Source of the DNA: Octopus sinensis
Lineage: Eukaryota
Direction: 5' to 3'
Length of the DNA: 55,362 nt
Assembly (NCBI RefSeq): GCF_006345805.1
Contig: NW_021833724.1
Coordinates: 1 to 55,362 of the forward strand
Part shown: one piece after another, positions 50,185 to 55,362 of the stretch
How the letters are laid out: each line of letters opens with the position of its first letter
How positions within the stretch are numbered: position 1 is the stretch's first letter
Position numbers and translations under genes: made by a program
Notes under the pieces: generated by a model
Told to the model about the DNA's origin: nothing
Database searches by the model: none
What the model saw: only the letters and a program-made list of their open reading frames with translations

Positions 50185-50570
50185 TGAGAGAAAGGAACAG
50201 CGGTGAAACAAATTAAAACTTCCACCAAGTTAAAACGCTACCAGCGAGATATTGCTGTGTGGGACCACAAGGAAAAGATATGTTCTGTTGTGGAAACCAA
50301 CTGCCCTCTGGTCAAGAATGTGGTTAGAGAAATACAAGAGAAAGAAGACATCTCTGGCCCATTGGCAAGGAGTTTGTAAGTCTAGAAACCCAAGATAGAC
50401 TTTCAGCTTTATAACCATTATCGGAGCAGCAGGATACATACCAACCCGTCTGGATTACTGAGCTTGGGTTCTTGGAGAGAGGATGCAGACCCTTAACTCG
50501 AATAGTACAAATGATCACGATATGTGGTGGCACTATTAAAAATCTGCTGGAGATTTTTAAGATTTAAAGA
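50185..50570 (+). pseudogene. R4/Dong-like RLE non-LTR C-terminal fragment
   Basis: IKTSTKLKRYQRDIAVWDHKEKICSVVETNCP (PD..D nuclease region), FITIIGAAGYIP and ELGF..., frameshifted. Confidence 0.75.
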
Positions 50571-50669
50571 ATGATGAAGAAAACAACCTTTTCTACGAAA
50601 CAAGTGACCGGTCCGGATTCATTGTTAAGTGAAAAGGGAAACAAGAACATACATACTTATTATATACAT

Positions 50670-50788
50670 ACATGCATAGGTAGGTAGGTAGGTAGGTAGG
50701 TACGTACGTACGTACGTTAGTGAGGAGGTAGACAAGCAAACAGACAGACAGGCAGATAGGCAGGCAGACAGATGAGAGAAAGAAAGAG

Positions 50789-50839
<51 letters not shown>

Positions 50840-50860
50840 GAGATAGAGAGATAGAGAGAG

Positions 50861-50921
<61 letters not shown>

Positions 50922-50925
50922 TAAG
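50670..50925. repeat. Compound microsatellite (TAGG)(TACG)(CAGA)(GATA)(GA)
   Basis: Directly visible. Confidence 0.95.
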
Positions 50926-51182
50926 ATGGTATGGAGGGAAAGTAGTGCTGAAGGGTTCCTAGTTTCCTGTGTATCTGGTGTCGCTATTGAACTCCAACAG
51001 GTTTTCTCTTAATTCCATGTCTGAAGAACATTATTACTGTGTGTGCGGACGTGTAAATGTGTGCATGCGTGAGAGAATGTGTGTGCGGGCGGGCGTGTCT
51101 GCGCGCGCGAGCAGGAGTGCGCGTGCGTACGAGTGTGTTACGCGCGCGCATGAAATGGCTGCTAATTCGTTTTTGCTGTTAT

Positions 51183-51255
51183 TGACACATACATTTAACA
51201 GGTGTGTGTAATGTGACACATACATTTAACAGGTGTGTGTATGTGACACATACAT
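51183..51255. repeat. 30/31-bp tandem duplication (about 2.4 copies) TGACACATACATTTAACAGGTGTGTGTA(A)TG
   Basis: Directly visible. Confidence 0.9.
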
Positions 51256-53199
51256 ATATATTCTGTATGTGTATGTATGGGTGTGTATGTAAATTGACCG
51301 AGATACACGCGTATGTGGGTATATATAAATGTATGTGTGTATATATATGTGTGTGTGTGTGTGTGTGTATCTGTGTGTATTTTGATGAAGCCCACTGAAG
51401 TGAAAAGAAAACTTTGTAAGAATGAGAATCAAATATGAATGACGTTGCAAAGTGTTTCTCGTTCCTTCTTGAAATGTTCCTCGTGCACAAAAGTTATGCA
51501 CGTCTCGCGCTGGTGGGAAATTTCACACCAGCGCCATGTGGCTAAGTCATACATGAACTATTGGAATTCCATTCCGGGTGATCAGTTTGAATGCCACGTC
51601 TGTCAAGAAGAAGCCTGCAAGTCGTGCCGAGGACAGAAGCGAACACTCGAACGTTTATAATAAAGATTGAAGACGATAACAGAGCCAAGGCTGAAATGAG
51701 ACATTGCGACAGGACATGGGATCAGATCGTCAAACATTTTTCAGGGCTCAAAAGTCAATAAAGATTTCACACAAGGAAAGAGCAATAACAGACACAAGAA
51801 GGGGTCAAGTTCTGCAAGGAGCAGACATACCCTGATTAGGAATTAATAACTTTACCTTTACGGTTATTTTATGCTTGCTAACCACTTATTCTTCTTCTTA
51901 TTATTATTATTATTATTATTGAGTGAAAGAGCAGTGCATGCCATCAAAGTGACACTGGGGTAAAATATACGAAGCCCAGTATACCCATCATGACTACCCG
52001 TCTCATAAGGGTACACCAGGCACATGCATCACAACCATATGTGCGCGACATGGTGATCTCATATCAAGATAAATAGCGCATGACCTTGCAGATGAGGCCC
52101 AGTTAGAATTTTCTTCTGGTCGAGTTGCCATCTGGGATAATTTTAGTAACAAATAAAACAGGTAAGATGCATTAAGAATTTAAATTTTAGTGTTTATCCA
52201 TAATGTTATTGCTTTTACACCTGTTAATTAAATTTACCTGCCTATAAAAGTCAAATTTATTCAGCAAGATCAGCTAAAATTGCATAACAATAAACCAGTG
52301 GTACATAAAGAACACACTGACAAATTTCAAATCTGTATGTAAAAAACTTACAAAGTTACAAGCAAATATTGTGGATACCCTTCTTGAACCTGAATAATTC
52401 AAAATAATGTGAACAAATAAACTTTACATTTGACAGATTTGAACACTAAAGATGTTTGAGGTGTTTTTTTTCTTACACACTCACATAACACGGCCTCCCT
52501 CGGTTGGGACTACACGTGTGTTATTTTGACATCATCAATCCCTAAAATTTGTTTATGGGGAGGAAAATATTGAAAAATATCAATAGATGTGTGAGTGAGA
52601 AAGGAACAAGGAGGGAGGTTTGGGAATGTGCTAGATACAACAGCCAGATCGCCCTTAAATTACACATTTTCCTCTGAAATTATTAACATATTTTTCTTAA
52701 ACCGAAAATGTTCCTCTCACGGGTTTTAAGTGCGTAGTGAAAAAAAAACAAATGACCAAAATCGTTTCGGACTGAGATGGTGGGGAGGAGGTGTAAGTGA
52801 AATATTCCTCCCATCATTCTGAAGATTTTGGTAAAAAAAATATTGGAATAAGTCTTCGTCAAAACGGAGAAATTCCAACTTATGTTGTCCAGAAACTCCT
52901 CCCCCAACCCCCTCCATAATTTTGCCTACAAATTTCTTTTTAATCAAAATCTACACCGTTTGAAAGGCATTTCTATAAAATTCCATTAAAAAATACCTGT
53001 TTTCCAGAAAGTTATGAGGGGAAAAATGTTAGGTCCTGTGAATTTTCCGAAACTTCTCAATCCCTCGGAAATTTTTTCAACAAATCTTTCAATACACTCA
53101 ATCTACCGGATATAAGCGATTATTTGGTGAAAGTTTCGTTAAAAGATATCCATTTTTCTGCAAGTTAAGAGGCAACAAAGTCGGTCGGGTATCAAACTG

Positions 53200-53361
53200 T
53201 AGAGATGCCATTTTCAATAAAACGTTAACGTTAACGGATTCACGTTAACTTCCGTTACAATTTCAAAGAATTAACGGATTAACGATTAACGAAGTTAACT
53301 CTTTGGTTAACGGATTAACGATTAACGGAGTTAACTTTTCGACTAACGGTGCGCACCTCTG
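53200..53361. mobile_element. Candidate hAT-type MITE rich in TTAACG motifs
   Basis: Ends TAGAGATGC / GCACCTCTG (7 of 9 nt inverted match); many GTTAAC/TTAACG repeats; no 8-bp TSD visible. Confidence 0.45.
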
Positions 53362-53379
53362 CATATACATTTATATATA

Positions 53380-53436
<57 letters not shown>

Positions 53437-53465
53437 TATATATATATAATATATAAATATATATA

Positions 53466-53510
53466 TTCCTGAAGATTTCTCTTGAATGAAACAGTTCTAG
53501 TCCTGTAGAA
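53466..53510 (+). ncRNA. Type I hammerhead-like motif with a full stem III
   Basis: TTC-CTGAAGA-T-TTC-TCTT-GAA-T-GAA-ACAG-TTCTAGTC-CTGT-A-GAA. Core intact, predicted cleavage after GUA (53507); the stem II closing pair is a U-U mismatch. Confidence 0.55.
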
Positions 53511-53596
53511 GCTCCTTCTATATAATAAATTAATTTTACTCTGCTATGTATTGAGTACCTTATTTACTGTGGTTAACCCCGAATCAACCCGGGACC

Positions 53597-53901
<305 letters not shown>

Positions 53902-54406
53902 TATATATATATATGTATGTATGTATGTATGTATATGAGTATATACATATACACACACACACACATGTATAATATTGTATACATATATACATATATGTGA
54001 ATATATATGTGTGTGTGTAGTGTGTGTGTGTGTGTGTATGTGTGTGTATGTGTGGTACCAGAATCAGTTAAGTCATTTTTAAGTCAAGCTTTGTGGTATC
54101 ATATCCCATTCAAGTAGAGAGTCGTTGACAGAGACTGTATCCAGGTATGGGTGATTTCGACAGAATCTCTTGAAGAAATTTGTCCAGGTAATGTTTGAAG
54201 GTGATGGAATATTATTCACCGTTGATTTATTTTGGGATAAGATTAAATAGAGAAGGGCCTGTTGAGGAGAAGAAATTATTTCAGGGAATTTGTAAAGATA
54301 TTTCAGGTTTCCTAACTCATCTACACAAGGAAAATATTGTTATTTCTTGCATAAAATAGCAGCCTAAAAACAATTGCCCTCAATGAAAGGAAGTCACATC
54401 AAAACA

Positions 54407-54445
<39 letters not shown>

Positions 54446-54581
54446 AGGGAGATAAATCTCACAGATGGTTATTTGTGTTCACTCCCCTATCAGCTTCCCT
54501 ACTTATTAATGTTTACGTGTGTGTGTGTGTGTGTGTGTGTACGTGCATGTATATAGTTTACATACATACATACATAACTCT

Positions 54582-54790
54582 CTCTTTTACTCTTTTACTT
54601 GTTTCAGTCATTTGACTGCGGCCATGCTGGAGCACCACCTTTAGTCGAGCAAATCGACCCCGGGACTTATTCTTTGTAAGCCCAGTACTTATTCTATCAG
54701 TCCCTTTTGCCGAACCACTAAGTAACGGGGACGTAAACACACCGGCATCGGTTGTCAAGCAATGCTAGGGAGACAAACACAGACACACAA

Positions 54791-54821
<31 letters not shown>

Positions 54822-54993
54822 CATATATACAACGGGCTTCTTTCAGTTTCCGTCTACCAAATCCACTCACAAGGCATTGGTCGGCCCGAGGCTATAGTAG
54901 AAGACACTTGACCAAAGTGCCATGCAGTGGGACTGAACCCGGAACCATGTAGTTGGTAAGCAAGCTACTTACCACACAGCCACTCCTACGCCT
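54582..54993 (-). mobile_element. SINE-A, full-length young copy
   Basis: Nearly identical to the reverse complement of 737-1132. Confidence 0.93.
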
Positions 54994-55007
54994 ATAACTG
55001 AACTTTT

Positions 55008-55230
55008 TTTCTCTTTATCTTTACTAGTTTCAGTTATTGGAGTGCGGCCATGCTGGGGCACCGGCTTGAAGAGTTTTAATCGCATGACTCGACCCCAGGA
55101 CTATTTTTTTACTTTTTTAATCTTGGTATTTATTCTATCGGACACTTGTGTCGAACCGCTATATTACGGAGACGAAAACAAACCACCATCGGTTGTCAAG
55201 CAATTGTAGGGGGATAAACACAAGCACAAA
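55008..55230 (-). mobile_element. SINE-A 3' half, older copy
   Basis: GCGGCCATGCTGGGGCACC...CATCGGTTGTCAAGC, running into (TACA)n at the window end. Confidence 0.8.
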
Positions 55231-55362
55231 GACACACGCACACATACACAAACACACATACATACATACATTCACATACATACATACATACACACATACA
55301 TACATACATACACACATACATACATACATACACACATACATACATACATACATTCATACATA

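Noticed and set aside
51439-51780. ORF with FECHVCQEEACKSC, resembling a zinc finger
   Set aside because: It is short, lacks canonical finger spacing, and neighbouring frames look faintly like a decayed RTE C-terminus (AEMRHCDRTWDQI). Neither reading is supportable without a search.
51905-52110. Complex segment that ends in (AAT)n on the minus strand, probably the 3' end of another retroelement
   Set aside because: There is only one clear copy in the window and no diagnostic ORF, so the family cannot be supported from this sequence alone.
52120-53190. AT-rich stretch resembling a non-autonomous DNA transposon interior
   Set aside because: I could not identify terminal inverted repeats or a TSD.

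Overview
This is eukaryotic, repeat-saturated intronic or intergenic DNA. By inference it is from an octopus or other coleoid cephalopod, based on recognition of the SINE families and the extreme microsatellite load; this was not confirmed by any search. I can support no host protein-coding gene, rRNA, true tRNA gene or CRISPR array, and almost all ORF-track entries are microsatellite translations. The main feature is a 5'-truncated but nearly intact CR1/L2-group LINE (about 15345-18690, +). It has an ORF1 C-terminal remnant, an APE+RT ORF2 broken by a single 1-nt deletion, and an (AATC)n tail. Around it lie at least four tRNA-headed SINE-like families (labelled A-D here), several Penelope-like GIY-YIG and pseudo-LTR fragments, R4/Dong-like RLE non-LTR fragments, RTE fragments, a Tc1 transposase remnant, a possible hAT-type MITE and dozens of microsatellites. 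The most interesting observations are four. (1) The LINE 3' end and the SINE-A 3' end share a tail containing a hairpin with compensatory base changes, so the LINE is a candidate mobilising partner. (2) There are five minimal hammerhead-ribozyme-like motifs, including one with a fully intact core and stems at 24240-24279. (3) A Penelope GIY-YIG end, a Pol III tRNA-like head and a hammerhead motif occur as one chimeric unit at 5470-6008. (4) SINE-B forms head-to-tail dimers with the same junction and exactly 184-nt period at three independent loci.
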